46,817 nucleotides of DNA from Candidatus Eiseniibacteriota bacterium (GCA_031364845.1 JANLWX010000176.1:1-46817); one strand, 5' to 3'. Positions 11,229 to 21,537 are shown, numbered from the stretch's first letter. A program made the numbers and translations. Notes: generated by a model from the letters alone, not told the origin.

Positions 11229-13505
11229 TCAACGGATGAGCAGAACCTTGCTCACCACCGAACGGCCTTCCGTCGCGAGACGCAGGAAGAAGATTCCGGC
11301 CGGTGCGGAACGCTGATGATCGTCGAGACCGGTCCACGTAACGGAGTGCGTCCCGGCGGCGAGAGGTCCGGCGAGCAACGTCGTCACACGACGGCCCGCC
11401 GCGTCATAGACCGCGAGGTCCGCCTGACGTGCATCACGCGGCAGCGTGAACGAAGCGGTGACGCGTCCGAAGGACGGATTCGGTCCGACCGCCATCGCCA
11501 GTTCCGATCCGATCACAGGATCGCCCACCGCGGTCGGGCCCGCCGGGTCGTAGGTCACATAGACCGGCCCCGTCCAGATCGTCGAGTTGTCGTTCTTGCG
11601 AATGCGCACGTAGTAGTGCGCCTCGGTGCCGGGCGCGAAGGTCGTGCGCTCACGCCACGCGAAGCTCGAATTTCCGACACTGCTCGCGACCACGACCGCG
11701 TTCGACACTCCAGTGATTCCGCGCAGCAGGTCGATCTGCGAAACCTCTCCACCCACGTCCGGCTCGATCACCTTGACTGCGATCCGGACTCCGTTGGCGG
11801 ACGACCATGCGGTGCCCATCGAGCGGCCGTCGGCCGAGAACTGCACTTCGGTGTTGTGATCCTGCGAGGCGTAGCAGCGGCGCTTCGAAAGCGCGCCCAG
11901 GATCTCGTTCTTCGTGAGCCCGGACGCCTGGACGACCGTGCGCGTCTGGGTCGACGCGCCCCACGTGGCCTCGTGATTGTCCTGATCGCCGGTCGGAGAC
12001 ACACGGTGGCCGAGCCGCAGCGCGTCCTGGAACAGGATCTCGTTGCCGGTCGTGCTGCCGACATCGGACTCGGTCGTGGACGTCGAGAATGCAGGCCCGC
12101 TGATCATGGACATCAGATGGACGACCTTGCGGCTGTCCGTGGTGATCGCATAGTTGTTGAAGTCGCCGGAGGCCGGATGACACCACTCGACGACGGGCGG
12201 AAAGCCTTCCGGCGGCTGTGCGAGGAATGCGGAATAGAGCCCGGTATAGTCGGTCTGGGCGACGAAGGTGTCATAGTTGCCTGCTTCCCACCCGAAGAGA
12301 ACCGGTGCTTCGAAGACATTCGCATGTCCGCCGGTGGCGATGATTCCCCATTCCTGTCCCCAGATCGCAACGAAGTTCCCGTCACTGTTGGCGCCTGCGG
12401 CCTCTGCCATGCCGAGGGCATAGCTCGGCAACGACATCCCCGCTCCCGAATGGTTGTGATCAGTGACCGCGAGAAAATCGAGCGGAGTCGGAGCGCCGGT
12501 CCGCGCGTAGCTGAATGCCTGGGCCGGTGTCTGCACGCCGTCCGAGTAGCTCGTGTGCGAGTGCAGGTTGCCGAAGTACGGTGTGTAGCCGAGGTCCGGG
12601 TTCAACAACGTTCCCGCGAGCGGAGCGGTCCCGGAGTCGTTGGAGATCGCGCTGGTGTTGGGGACTTCGTCTTGCGTCTTGAGCGCGAAGTGCCACGTCG
12701 AGTCGGGATCGAGGCCGAAGACGAACAATGTCTCTGGTGTGCCGCCGGCATGCGGTGCAGATTCGATGATCCAGCGGTCGATATCGGCAACTGCGTCGAA
12801 CGTGCCGGCCGTGATCGCCGAATGCGAGACTCTCATGATGTACGCGCTGGCCGTTCCGGTTGCGCCGTCGTCTCCCGGCGCGGTCCACGTCAGGCGAATC
12901 TCACCGGGAAGCGATCCGGGAACCGCATTCAGGTCGTTCACGGTCGCGGGCGCCGTCACGTCACCCGCGGCACCTCCATTGGATGCGCACATCGTGGCAG
13001 CTCGAAACGCGAAGGACGTGGTTCCGTTTGGAATGCAGGCCCATGACTGGCCTTCGTTGAGGCTGGACGAGGGATACGTGACCAGCTGGACCACGGTCGC
13101 CGATACGAGGCGGTCGGATACGAGATAGACGTCGTCGCCGCCGTTGTTGAGATTGATCGACGTCGCGATGGGACGGATCACGCGGTATTCACCCGGGCCG
13201 ATGATCGCGCTCGAATTGCAGGCCGCGTCGAGGTCCTCGGGAATGCGGGCGCGGACGGCGGACGTGCCGATCGTGACGGCGTCGTCGATCGCCCAGCCGG
13301 TCATGTTCACCGCGGACGGGCCGGCGTTGTAGATCTCGATCCATTCGAGGCCGGTCTCGTTGGCGCCGACCGGGTTCGGGAAGATCTCGTTGATTCGGAT
13401 CTGCGCAAAGGCGGGATTCGCGGCGAAGTTCAGCGAGGCCAGACTCAACGCCAGCAAGGCTGCGCGAGCGCTGCGCGCCATGAAATTACGGGGTGGCTGG
13501 CCCAT
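11229..13505 (-). CDS. Secreted lamin-tail + FN3-like + PHP (CehA/McbA-type) metallohydrolase with FlgD-Ig/T9SS-like C-terminal domain
   Basis: Signal peptide ending AFA; IRINEIFPNP...EWIEIYN (LTD); GNLHSHTSYSDG, AVTDHNH, GQEWG..GH, DQDNH (PHP); PNP...VYDAAGRRV...W.G.D...G.FFLRL tail. SD AAGGAGG 9 nt before ATG 13505. Confidence 0.85.
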   Translation of the reverse strand: MGQPPRNFMARSARAALLALSLASLNFAANPAFAQIRINEIFPNPVGANETGLEWIEIYNAGPSAVNMTGWAIDDAVTIGTSAVRARIPEDLDAACNSSAIIGPGEYRVIRPIATSINLNNGGDDVYLVSDRLVSATVVQLVTYPSSSLNEGQSWACIPNGTTSFAFRAATMCASNGGAAGDVTAPATVNDLNAVPGSLPGEIRLTWTAPGDDGATGTASAYIMRVSHSAITAGTFDAVADIDRWIIESAPHAGGTPETLFVFGLDPDSTWHFALKTQDEVPNTSAISNDSGTAPLAGTLLNPDLGYTPYFGNLHSHTSYSDGVQTPAQAFSYARTGAPTPLDFLAVTDHNHSGAGMSLPSYALGMAEAAGANSDGNFVAIWGQEWGIIATGGHANVFEAPVLFGWEAGNYDTFVAQTDYTGLYSAFLAQPPEGFPPVVEWCHPASGDFNNYAITTDSRKVVHLMSMISGPAFSTSTTESDVGSTTGNEILFQDALRLGHRVSPTGDQDNHEATWGASTQTRTVVQASGLTKNEILGALSKRRCYASQDHNTEVQFSADGRSMGTAWSSANGVRIAVKVIEPDVGGEVSQIDLLRGITGVSNAVVVASSVGNSSFAWRERTTFAPGTEAHYYVRIRKNDNSTIWTGPVYVTYDPAGPTAVGDPVIGSELAMAVGPNPSFGRVTASFTLPRDARQADLAVYDAAGRRVTTLLAGPLAAGTHSVTWTGLDDHQRSAPAGIFFLRLATEGRSVVSKVLLIR

Positions 13506-13552
13506 CGGGGAGGGCCTCCTTCCGGTGTAAGGGCGTATTCGACTGAGGGTGC

Positions 13553-13568
13553 GCGAGAAGTGTACCAA
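13553..13568 (-). promoter_or_regulatory. Putative sigma54 promoter
   Basis: Minus strand TTGGTACACTTCTCGC (GG-N10-GC), about 48 nt upstream of ATG 13505. Confidence 0.45.
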
Positions 13569-13680
13569 GGCCGACTTCGCGGGTGCGAACAAAGTTCGCC
13601 TCCCTCCCGCCTGCCCGACCAAGCCGAAGGCCGGTGCCCTCAAGGGGCTGTGAGGCAACGTCCTTGGCGCCCCGGCTGGT

Positions 13681-15651
13681 TCAGCGAAACCAGGGCACGA
13701 GCGCTTGGAGGATCGTTCGGAACAGGAGCGCCAGCCCGGTCCCGGCGAGCGCCCCGATCAGGACGTCGCTCGGATAGTGAACCCCGAGATAGATGCGCGA
13801 GAACCCGACGATCGAGGCCAGCGCATAGAACGCCGGAATTCCCGCCGGCGCATGGGAACCGAACAGGAACGCGCCGCCAAATGCCGCCGCGGAATGGCCC
13901 GACGGAAAGGACCAGTCCTTGGGTCGCGGACCGAGCACGCGCGCCTTCACATACGCGATGAACGGACGGCGGCGGTGGAAGATGTGCTTCATCGGAAAGT
14001 TCACGGTCAGCATCGTGAGCCACAACACCGGTAGCGCTTCCGCCGTGGCTTTCCACCCGGTCGGCGCGTCGATCAGGATGAGGGCGAGAGCCGCGGCGGC
14101 CCAGCCTTCGCCGTAGTGCATGATGCGCGAGATCGCGAGCAGCGCATGGTCGAGCCACGGGGCCAGCACCATGCCGTTGATGCGCAGGAACAATGCAGCG
14201 TCGAGCGCCCCGAGCCACGACAGCGGATGACGCAATGCGCCCTGGAGCACCCACGTGCGCGAGTGCATGGCGATCATGCTGTCGACGTCCTGAGTGATCG
14301 TCTCCGCCGCGCCGGTCGAGGTCGGCTTCTCGGTCGCGGACTCGGGATCCGTTTCGGGGGCCAGAGTCTCCACTGCGGGGAGCGCAGGCATGTCACTCGC
14401 GTTCGCGGCGTTCGACGCCAGTACTGCATCCGGCGGACCCGTTGCGGGAGCAATCGAGGGTGTCGTCGCTTCGTTGACGGCGGGCGTCGTTGGTGACGGC
14501 AGCGTCCCCGCTTCCGGGACCGGGATCGGCGGCGTCAGCGGTCCGGCGGGAGCGGCGATCGTGGTGACACCGGATGGGGGAACGGATGAGGCGGTATCGG
14601 GGACGACGACGGATTTCGAGGTATCCGTCGAGACCGCGGCCGCCGCGACCTGCGTCGCCACCGGGGCCGTGGCCGTGATCGGAACCGCAGCGGGGCCGGC
14701 CGCGATCTCCACGACCGTCTTCGGGACCACGATCCGCAACCGCTTCGCGCCGACGCGCAGCGTGATCGGGGTTTTCCCGAGGATCTCGCCATCCCCCTGA
14801 ATCCGCAGCGGCCGCTCGCTGCGAATCACGAGTCGATCCCGCACCGTGAGGAAACGCGTGTTCGAATCCTTCTGATGGTGGGTCGTGAGCATTCTCCAAA
14901 ACAGGATGACGTAGTCGCGCGGGGTGCGGACGTTGTAGACGCAGATGTCCATCATTCCGTCGGTCGGATCGATCTGCGGCCCCCACGTGAATGGAGGCGC
15001 ACCGATGGTGCCGACATTGGCCACGATCAACTGCCACGCGCGCACCGCGACCGCGCGGCCGTCGATCTCCAGCGTGAACCGCTGCGGCCGGTGGCTGAAC
15101 GCGCGTTTGAAGAAGCTGATCATATAAGCGAGCCGGCCGAGACGGATCTGATCTTCGCGCGAAGTGTGATGGATCATCGAGGCATCGGGTCCGATGCCGA
15201 TCTGGGTCAGGATCGGGCGGCCGTTGTCGAGCAGGATGACGTCGAGATCGATTGTCGCCTCCCCCCCGGCGGCGAGCTCCACCGCGTCGGCCAGGCCACC
15301 GGGAATGCCCAGCTCACGCGCGAGGATGTTCGCGGTTCCTCCGGGGATGATGGCGAGCGAAGCCAGCGGCGGAACATCCGCGACGCCGATGCAGTCTGCG
15401 GTCAACGCCACGGTTCCGTCGCCGCCTGCACATATGATGCGACGGCATCCCGACTCCACGGCTTCGGCGATGGCACGGGCGACGAACTCGCGCGCATCGT
15501 CTTTCGGAGTTTCGAGGACCCGGAATCGCAGGCCGCGGGTGGTCAGCGCGGTTTCGAGTGCCTTGCGCGTGTCTTCGAGTGTGTAGCGCGGCGCCACCGG
15601 GTTGATGATGACGAGCACATCGAGTGTCGCTAGGTCTGCAGATTCGGTCAC
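13681..15651 (-). CDS. Diacylglycerol-kinase-family (YegS/DAGK) + PAP2 phosphatase fusion
   Basis: IINP, AGGDGTV, IPGGTANILA, GDGE (DAGK); long P/A/T-rich linker; PAP2 motifs KHIFHRRRP, FPSGH, SRIYLGVHYPSD. Start set at GTG 15651 to avoid overlap with the divergent gene at 15769. Confidence 0.9.
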   Translation of the reverse strand: MTESADLATLDVLVIINPVAPRYTLEDTRKALETALTTRGLRFRVLETPKDDAREFVARAIAEAVESGCRRIICAGGDGTVALTADCIGVADVPPLASLAIIPGGTANILARELGIPGGLADAVELAAGGEATIDLDVILLDNGRPILTQIGIGPDASMIHHTSREDQIRLGRLAYMISFFKRAFSHRPQRFTLEIDGRAVAVRAWQLIVANVGTIGAPPFTWGPQIDPTDGMMDICVYNVRTPRDYVILFWRMLTTHHQKDSNTRFLTVRDRLVIRSERPLRIQGDGEILGKTPITLRVGAKRLRIVVPKTVVEIAAGPAAVPITATAPVATQVAAAAVSTDTSKSVVVPDTASSVPPSGVTTIAAPAGPLTPPIPVPEAGTLPSPTTPAVNEATTPSIAPATGPPDAVLASNAANASDMPALPAVETLAPETDPESATEKPTSTGAAETITQDVDSMIAMHSRTWVLQGALRHPLSWLGALDAALFLRINGMVLAPWLDHALLAISRIMHYGEGWAAAALALILIDAPTGWKATAEALPVLWLTMLTVNFPMKHIFHRRRPFIAYVKARVLGPRPKDWSFPSGHSAAAFGGAFLFGSHAPAGIPAFYALASIVGFSRIYLGVHYPSDVLIGALAGTGLALLFRTILQALVPWFR

Positions 15652-15768
15652 GAAGGCTCTCAGGTGGATCGCGGAGTGGTCAGGCCGTGTGCATGATAGA
15701 GTCCAGGCCACTCGAACACCACCCCCGAGGGTTCTCCCGGCCGCAACACCCAAATCGAGGAGCTTCGG

Positions 15769-16245
15769 ATGCCGATTGTCGTTCAGGTGTGCATCGTGAT
15801 TGCGACGCTCGCGATCGTGATCCTCACGATCATGGCCATACGGCTCATGCGCCGTCTCGAGTCGCTGTCCACCGCCGCCTCCCGGAGTCTCGGGCGATTC
15901 GATGAATTCCTCGAGCAATCGCACAAAGCCTCCGTGCGGATCGACGGGATGCTGGTCTCGCTCGAAAAGATGACGGGTTCCGTTCAAGGCTCGGTCGAGC
16001 GCCTCGAGGACGTGGTCCACCGCGCGGCCGGGCTCGCGTCCACGGTGCTCGATGAAGTGGAACGTCCCGTACGCAACGCGGTGTCGGTATTCCGCGCCGT
16101 TCAGGCCGGGGCCGCGTTCCTGGTGCAGAAGTGGACCGGTCGCGAACCGTCATCGGAACCGGCGGCCCGTCACGCGCGCAACTCCGGCGAGATGGAAACG
16201 TCCGATCCTGGCGATCGCGTACCGCCGGCGCCGGATGCGCCGTGA
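15769..16245 (+). CDS. DUF948/YoxC-like membrane-anchored coiled-coil protein
   Basis: SD GAGGAG; N-terminal TM helix followed by heptad-rich helix. Confidence 0.7.
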   Translation: MPIVVQVCIVIATLAIVILTIMAIRLMRRLESLSTAASRSLGRFDEFLEQSHKASVRIDGMLVSLEKMTGSVQGSVERLEDVVHRAAGLASTVLDEVERPVRNAVSVFRAVQAGAAFLVQKWTGREPSSEPAARHARNSGEMETSDPGDRVPPAPDAP

Positions 16246-17032
16246 TCGTGTGATCGATCCGGTGCGCTGGTTCGCCACGCGATGGGCGGTCATCGGCGCC
16301 GTCCTGTGCCTTTCCGGTTGCGCCCCTCACAGCACGCGCCCACTGCCCGGACCTGGGTCGCAGGCCGCCGATACGCTGCGGGTTCTGTTCATCGGAAACA
16401 GCCTCACCGAAGCCCATAACCTGCCCGGCATGCTTTCCGGGTTGTCGCGCGCGGCAGGTGGCGGTCACCTGATCGAAACGGGCGCGGTGGTGTTCGGCAA
16501 CCACAGCCTCGGCGATCACCTCGAACGAGGTGACGCGGCACGCGCGATCGCAGCGCAACACTGGGACTTCGTCACGCTGCAGCAGGGGCCCTCGGCACTG
16601 CCGGAGAGTCGCGTCGATCTGCTCGCCTCGGTCGCGCGCTTCGACACACTGATCCGGGCGTCCGGGGCGCGCTCGGCAATCTACGGCGTGTGGCCCTCCG
16701 AGTCGCGCAGCTTCGATTTGGACGCCAGCATCGAATCCTATCGTCTCGCCGCGGAAGCGATCGGTGCCGTGTTGTTTCCGGTCGGCCTCGCGTGGAAGAC
16801 GGCGTGGCAGGAAGATGCCGCGCTCCCGCTCTACTCGGACGATCGGTTCCATCCGTCGCCACTCGGAAGCTATGCGGCGGCCGTCGTGATGTGGGCCGCT
16901 CTGCTGGACCGCACGCCGGTCGGGTTGCCTTCTCGAATCACGATCGGCGGAACGCCGTTCGAAGTCCCGGCAGATCAAGCCGCCGTCGTGCAGCGCGCAG
17001 CTCAGGCCGTTGTGGGAACGTCGCCGCGCTGA
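16235..17032 (+). CDS. SGNH/GDSL-family hydrolase, putative lipoprotein
   Basis: LCLSGC lipobox; VLFIGNSLT block I, WDFVTLQQ, D.FHPS..GSY block V. Start 16235 or 16250. Confidence 0.85.
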   Translation: MRRDRVIDPVRWFATRWAVIGAVLCLSGCAPHSTRPLPGPGSQAADTLRVLFIGNSLTEAHNLPGMLSGLSRAAGGGHLIETGAVVFGNHSLGDHLERGDAARAIAAQHWDFVTLQQGPSALPESRVDLLASVARFDTLIRASGARSAIYGVWPSESRSFDLDASIESYRLAAEAIGAVLFPVGLAWKTAWQEDAALPLYSDDRFHPSPLGSYAAAVVMWAALLDRTPVGLPSRITIGGTPFEVPADQAAVVQRAAQAVVGTSPR

Positions 17033-17066
17033 TCGAAGCGATTCGAAACCGGGTTGCGATCGCTGC

Positions 17067-20000
17067 TCAGGGAGTGCCGAGCCGCGCGAGCGCCGCCGAG
17101 ATCTCGGCATTGCCCGGCAGTGCGACGAGGCCGCGCTCGAGTGCGCGGCGCGCGCCGGCGGGATCGCCCGCGGACGCCCGCGCGTTCGATTCGAGTACGT
17201 AGGCGCGCGAAAGCCCCGGCGCATGATCCTGTGCCGCGCGGAAGCGCTCGGCGGCGACCTGCGGGCGCTTGCGGGCGATCTCGATCAGACCACCGATCAT
17301 TTCGGCGTCGAGCTGCACTTCGGGATCCGCGCTCGCGGCCCCCCGTACGCGCGCGGCTTCCGCGCCCTCGAGATCGCCGACCAGCCGGCGGCGATCGGCG
17401 AGCATCAGCCACGTCCGCCCGTTGGCGGGATCCGTTTCGGCCGCGCGCTCCAGCACGCGGCGGGCATCGACCTCACGTCCGGCGCTGTTGAGCGTCATCG
17501 CCTGATCGACTAGGTCGAGACCGCGTTTGCGCCGGTCACCGGCAGCAATCTCTTCCGTGAGTCGCGCGGCGAGCGCGGTGGCGCCCGCGCCGGCCGCGCC
17601 GCGGACGACCGCCTGAGCGCGTACGATCTCACCCAGTTCGATCAGGCGCCGCGCGCGCGCTTCGTACCACCCGTCTCCGGTCCATGCGGAGAACAGCGGA
17701 CCCTGAGGCGGCGTGCCCGCGAACGGAACCCGTCCGATCACGTCGGGATGTCCGAATGCGGTCGTGCGTCCGATCGCCACCAGATCGCGTGGCGCCCGGT
17801 ACTCGACGACCGGGCGATCGTCGCGATTGAGCGTGGAACCCTGAGCGATCGGGCGCAGCTGGGTAAACGATCCGCCGTAGTAGGCCGCGATCGCTTCGGG
17901 CGAAGATACTTTCGCCACCGCGAGCATGCGGCGCCCTTCCGGGCTCGAGAGCCGCTCGAGCGAGAGAGCGCGCGAATCAGGTGTGGCGATCAGCAGCAGA
18001 TCGACCGCGCGCCACACCGCGAACACGTGGCCCTCGGGAAACACTTCGAGGAACGACGCGATCAGCGTCGAGAACGTCTCGGGCGACAACTCGTAGAGCT
18101 GCATCCACTGGCAGAACACGCCGCCGGTGGCGAGTCGCGACTTCACGCGCCGGTAGAAGTCCACGGTGAACAGATTGTTCACACCCGCGATCCACGGATT
18201 GGACGGCTCGGAGATGATGAGTCCGTAACGGGTATCGCTGTGCTCGAGGTGCGCGCGCGCATCGCCGACCACGAGGGTGACGCGCGGATCGTCGAGCGGA
18301 TTGTGGCCCGTCTCATGGAAGAATCGCGACGCCTCGACCACGCCCGGTTCGAGTTCGACGATCTCGGTGGGGCCTGCTCCCGCCGCAAGTGCCGCGGCCG
18401 CGGTCGCGCCCGAACCGAGTCCGACCACCAGTGTGCGCGCGCCGGAATCGGCCAGTGCCGCCGGAATCAGGCCGAGCAGCACCTGGGTTTCCATGTCGGC
18501 GGTGCTCGCGTCGATTTTTCCTCCGACCCGCAGCCACCGCTCCTTGCCCTCGGCGTCGGTCCCCACCAGCACCGATCCGTTCAGCCCTTCGCGGTAATAC
18601 AGCACGCGCTCGTCGCGGGTGGCGCGCCAGACGGTCGGGCCGGTTCCCCGTGTGAGCTGCGCCGACTGAGCGAGCGTGTTCGCCTGCGTCGGCCGGTAGG
18701 CTCCCGCATTCATCAGCGCCGGATCCCAGCGTGGCGCGATCATCGAGAACACGCCGACGGCCGCGAGCGCGCCGAATGTGAGCACGAGATCGGTGCCGGT
18801 CGATTCGCGCCGCGAGCGCGCGATCGCCATCGCCGTCAGACCGATCGCCGCCGAGATCGCGACCGCGGCGAGGTGCGTGCCCTGAACACCCCACGTGGGG
18901 ACCATCACGAATCCGGCGGCGAGCGAACCGGCGATCGTTCCGGCGGTGTTGACGGCATAGGCGGAGCCCGCCGCGTGCCCGCCATCCTCGCGCTGCAGCA
19001 GCCGGGTGGCGACCGGGAAGATCGCGCCCAGCAGTGCGCACGGAACGATGAGCATGCCCGCCACCAGCAGGACCTCGCCCGCGAACAGGCCCGACCAGTT
19101 CGCCCCGGAACGGGACGCGAGGTCGTACATCGCATCGGGCAGCTTGGAGAATGCGCTGAGCTGCAAGGCCGCGATCACGGCGAGCGCCAGTTGCAGGCGG
19201 GCGAAACCGGTCAGCGACACACCTTTTCGCATGAAGCCCGAGATGAGCGCACTCCCGAGCGCGAGCCCCAGGAGATACACCCCGAGCACCGCGGAAAACG
19301 AATACACCGACGAACCGAGCACCAGGCTGAACAGGCGGACCCACGCGATCTGAAACGCGAGTGCCGCGAATCCGGACAACGCGAACATCAGTGCGAACAC
19401 GACTCGTTGCGCTCCGGCCAGCGCTCCGATAGGCGCCACCACGTCTCCGGTGACGGGCGCATCGGCGGCCGCGGCTCCGGCGCGCGCCTTATCCGAGGCG
19501 CGCCATGCGATTGCCGCCACCATCGCATTCAAGGCCGCCGCAATCCACGTCGTCGCCGCGAGTCCCACACTCGGAAGCAGAACGAAGCCGCTCACGACCG
19601 AGCCCGCAACGGCACCGAACGTGTTGAGCGCATAGAGTCGCGCGAGCGCCGGTCCGACGAGCCGGCGTTCGAAATGTCCGACCAGCACCGGCAGCGTGGC
19701 GCCCATCAAGGCGGCGGGCGGAATCAACACCGCGAACAGAATCGCGAAACGCGCGAACGCGAACGCCGGTCCTTCGCCTCCGAGACCTCGATAGAGCTGT
19801 CCGACGAGCGGCTCGATGCCCCGCAACATGGGCAGCGAAGCGATGCCGAGTGCGCCGACGCCCATCTCCAACACCGCATAGACGCGGCCTCCCCGACCCC
19901 GGCGTGCGAGCGGGACGCCCAGGAAGCGCGCGCCGAGCGCGAGCCCGCACAGGAATGCCGCGACCACGGTCGCGACCGCATGCAGCGAACTGCCGAGGAT

Positions 20001-20141
20001 GTACGACAACTGCTTCGACCACACGACTTCGTAGATGAGTCCCGCGGCACCGGAGGCGAAGAAACACCAGGCGCCCCACGCGGGGAGCAAGCTCGACGGC
20101 TCAGAGGTGGACGGGCGATGCGGCGGGCGGGCAGGGGTCAT
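17067..20141 (-). CDS. Fused MFS-like membrane domain / spermidine synthase-like protein with C-terminal TPR
   Basis: Two 'SG...L..E/Q..W' + 'Y..NT.G...GS' membrane repeats; VVGLGSGAT, VELEP.VV, VGDAR, IISEPSNPW, GGVFCQW; TPR-like helices at the end. Confidence 0.9.
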   Translation of the reverse strand: MTPARPPHRPSTSEPSSLLPAWGAWCFFASGAAGLIYEVVWSKQLSYILGSSLHAVATVVAAFLCGLALGARFLGVPLARRGRGGRVYAVLEMGVGALGIASLPMLRGIEPLVGQLYRGLGGEGPAFAFARFAILFAVLIPPAALMGATLPVLVGHFERRLVGPALARLYALNTFGAVAGSVVSGFVLLPSVGLAATTWIAAALNAMVAAIAWRASDKARAGAAAADAPVTGDVVAPIGALAGAQRVVFALMFALSGFAALAFQIAWVRLFSLVLGSSVYSFSAVLGVYLLGLALGSALISGFMRKGVSLTGFARLQLALAVIAALQLSAFSKLPDAMYDLASRSGANWSGLFAGEVLLVAGMLIVPCALLGAIFPVATRLLQREDGGHAAGSAYAVNTAGTIAGSLAAGFVMVPTWGVQGTHLAAVAISAAIGLTAMAIARSRRESTGTDLVLTFGALAAVGVFSMIAPRWDPALMNAGAYRPTQANTLAQSAQLTRGTGPTVWRATRDERVLYYREGLNGSVLVGTDAEGKERWLRVGGKIDASTADMETQVLLGLIPAALADSGARTLVVGLGSGATAAAALAAGAGPTEIVELEPGVVEASRFFHETGHNPLDDPRVTLVVGDARAHLEHSDTRYGLIISEPSNPWIAGVNNLFTVDFYRRVKSRLATGGVFCQWMQLYELSPETFSTLIASFLEVFPEGHVFAVWRAVDLLLIATPDSRALSLERLSSPEGRRMLAVAKVSSPEAIAAYYGGSFTQLRPIAQGSTLNRDDRPVVEYRAPRDLVAIGRTTAFGHPDVIGRVPFAGTPPQGPLFSAWTGDGWYEARARRLIELGEIVRAQAVVRGAAGAGATALAARLTEEIAAGDRRKRGLDLVDQAMTLNSAGREVDARRVLERAAETDPANGRTWLMLADRRRLVGDLEGAEAARVRGAASADPEVQLDAEMIGGLIEIARKRPQVAAERFRAAQDHAPGLSRAYVLESNARASAGDPAGARRALERGLVALPGNAEISAALARLGTP

Positions 20142-20273
20142 GATCGTGCGGCGGATATTAATCGCGTCTCTTCATGGATCGCCAGCCGGCAATCGGGGCG
20201 GTGCCAGGTGCGGGCGGCGTCCCAACCGGCGCGGTCGGTGCTGACCCACATCGAACCGAGCGAGGTGCATGCA

Positions 20274-21386
20274 TCATCGCGGAGGATCTACACGGTCCGG
20301 ATCCATGCCGTGCGAGTCCACGTGCGCGTCGATCGAGATGCTTCCCTCCTGCGCTTCGGTCCCGGACTCTTTCGCTGCCCACGGAAGATCGACGCCGGTC
20401 CGTGCCGCCTCGATCTCGAGCGCTTCCAGTTCTCGCTCTTCGCTCGCCCATCGATCGCGCGTCCGGCGGGCGGCGGCGCGTTTGCGCGCGCCAACCACGA
20501 TCGACAACAGCATGATCGCGATCCACAGCGTGCTCGAGGCGGTCAGCAGTGGAATCCATCGATAGCGGATCAGGCTGGTCCGCCGCCAGGCGGACTCCGC
20601 CTCCCGCAGAGACGTTCCGGTCACCTGTTGCCACGCAGTTTCGAACGGCCGGTCGCGGGCGGCGCGCAGGATTTCCCGCACGACCGCCGGGCCATGATCG
20701 CGCACCGTGCGCGCGACGAACGCGTGCGACCCGGCGTAGGCGAGTTGCGCTTCAGCCGCCGAGGCGTGAAACGAAGAGTCCAGCTCGGCCAGGTGCGGCA
20801 GATCGGCGGTGAGCAGCGACCCCGAGAACGCGAGCATGTCGCGGAACTCGAAGCGCCGGCCCTCGGCGGTCGCGATCCCCTCCTCGAACCACAGCGGGAT
20901 GCGCGCGCCGGAATCGTGCAGCATGAGATGGGCCGCTTCGTGCGCGAGGACCGCTTCGATCGAACCGTAGGGATAGCGCCCGGCCATCGACATGCGGATC
21001 ACGCACAGGCGCAGGGACGGTATCGTGTATCCGGCCGCCCACCACGGCACCGATGCGTCGATCTCACGCAGTTCAGGATCCTCGATCGGTCCGGCCGGGA
21101 CGAGAACCATGCGGAACCGCGCGGCGGGACGCAGGCCGAGGCTCGCCTCCACGCGCGGGAGGATTTGCGCCGAGCGCTCGGCGAGGACTTCGAGCGCCCG
21201 CCGATTGCCGGGCGGGGTTTCGAGGCTCATGAGCCCGACACGGGCCTGATCGAAACCGGACGCGCGGACGGCGGCGCTGCACACGATCTGGCTGCAGGTG
21301 AAGACGATCACCGCGAGCAGCCATCTGCGCAGAGTCTGGATCCGATCTCTCGAACAACTCACCGACGGTGTCTGCGCCATCCACAC
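20274..21386 (-). CDS. Peptidase MA-like zinc metalloprotease (gluzincin) with C-terminal TM anchor
   Basis: LAHEAAH (HExxH) followed by PLWFEEGIA; hydrophobic N- and C-terminal segments. Start uncertain. Confidence 0.8.
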   Translation of the reverse strand: MWMAQTPSVSCSRDRIQTLRRWLLAVIVFTCSQIVCSAAVRASGFDQARVGLMSLETPPGNRRALEVLAERSAQILPRVEASLGLRPAARFRMVLVPAGPIEDPELREIDASVPWWAAGYTIPSLRLCVIRMSMAGRYPYGSIEAVLAHEAAHLMLHDSGARIPLWFEEGIATAEGRRFEFRDMLAFSGSLLTADLPHLAELDSSFHASAAEAQLAYAGSHAFVARTVRDHGPAVVREILRAARDRPFETAWQQVTGTSLREAESAWRRTSLIRYRWIPLLTASSTLWIAIMLLSIVVGARKRAAARRTRDRWASEERELEALEIEAARTGVDLPWAAKESGTEAQEGSISIDAHVDSHGMDPDRVDPPR

Positions 21387-21490
21387 AGACTAGCCAAAGG
21401 CATCGGCGCTACGCCAACCGCGTCCGCGCTCCGCGTGTTCACGAGCGCATCCGCGGCCACGGAACACCGGCTCCATCGCACACAAACGAA

Positions 21491-21521
21491 GACGCCCCCG
21501 GGCGTGGGCCGCGGGGGCGTC
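21491..21521 (-). terminator. Rho-independent terminator of the beta-helix gene
   Basis: GACGCCCCCG/CGGGGGCGTC 10-bp stem, then TTCGTTTG on the minus strand, 16 nt after the stop. Confidence 0.7.
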
Positions 21522-21537
21522 GATTCGTGGAGGGGTG

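Noticed and set aside
10780..11239. ORFs 10780..11076 (-) and 10841..11239 (+) in the intergenic gap
   Set aside because: No motifs or SD; the region is better explained by a terminator hairpin and a promoter.
14290..14720. P/A/T-rich segment as a tandem DNA repeat or CRISPR-like array
   Set aside because: Low-complexity protein linker with no fixed-period nucleotide repeat; no repeat-spacer array or cas gene anywhere in the window.
15652..16020. N-terminal extensions given by the ORF track (DAGK-PAP2, also gpsA, der, pcm, GT2, DUF4910, sigma factor)
   Set aside because: They overlap neighbouring genes or tRNAs; downstream starts with SD or stop-start overlaps fit the family N-termini.
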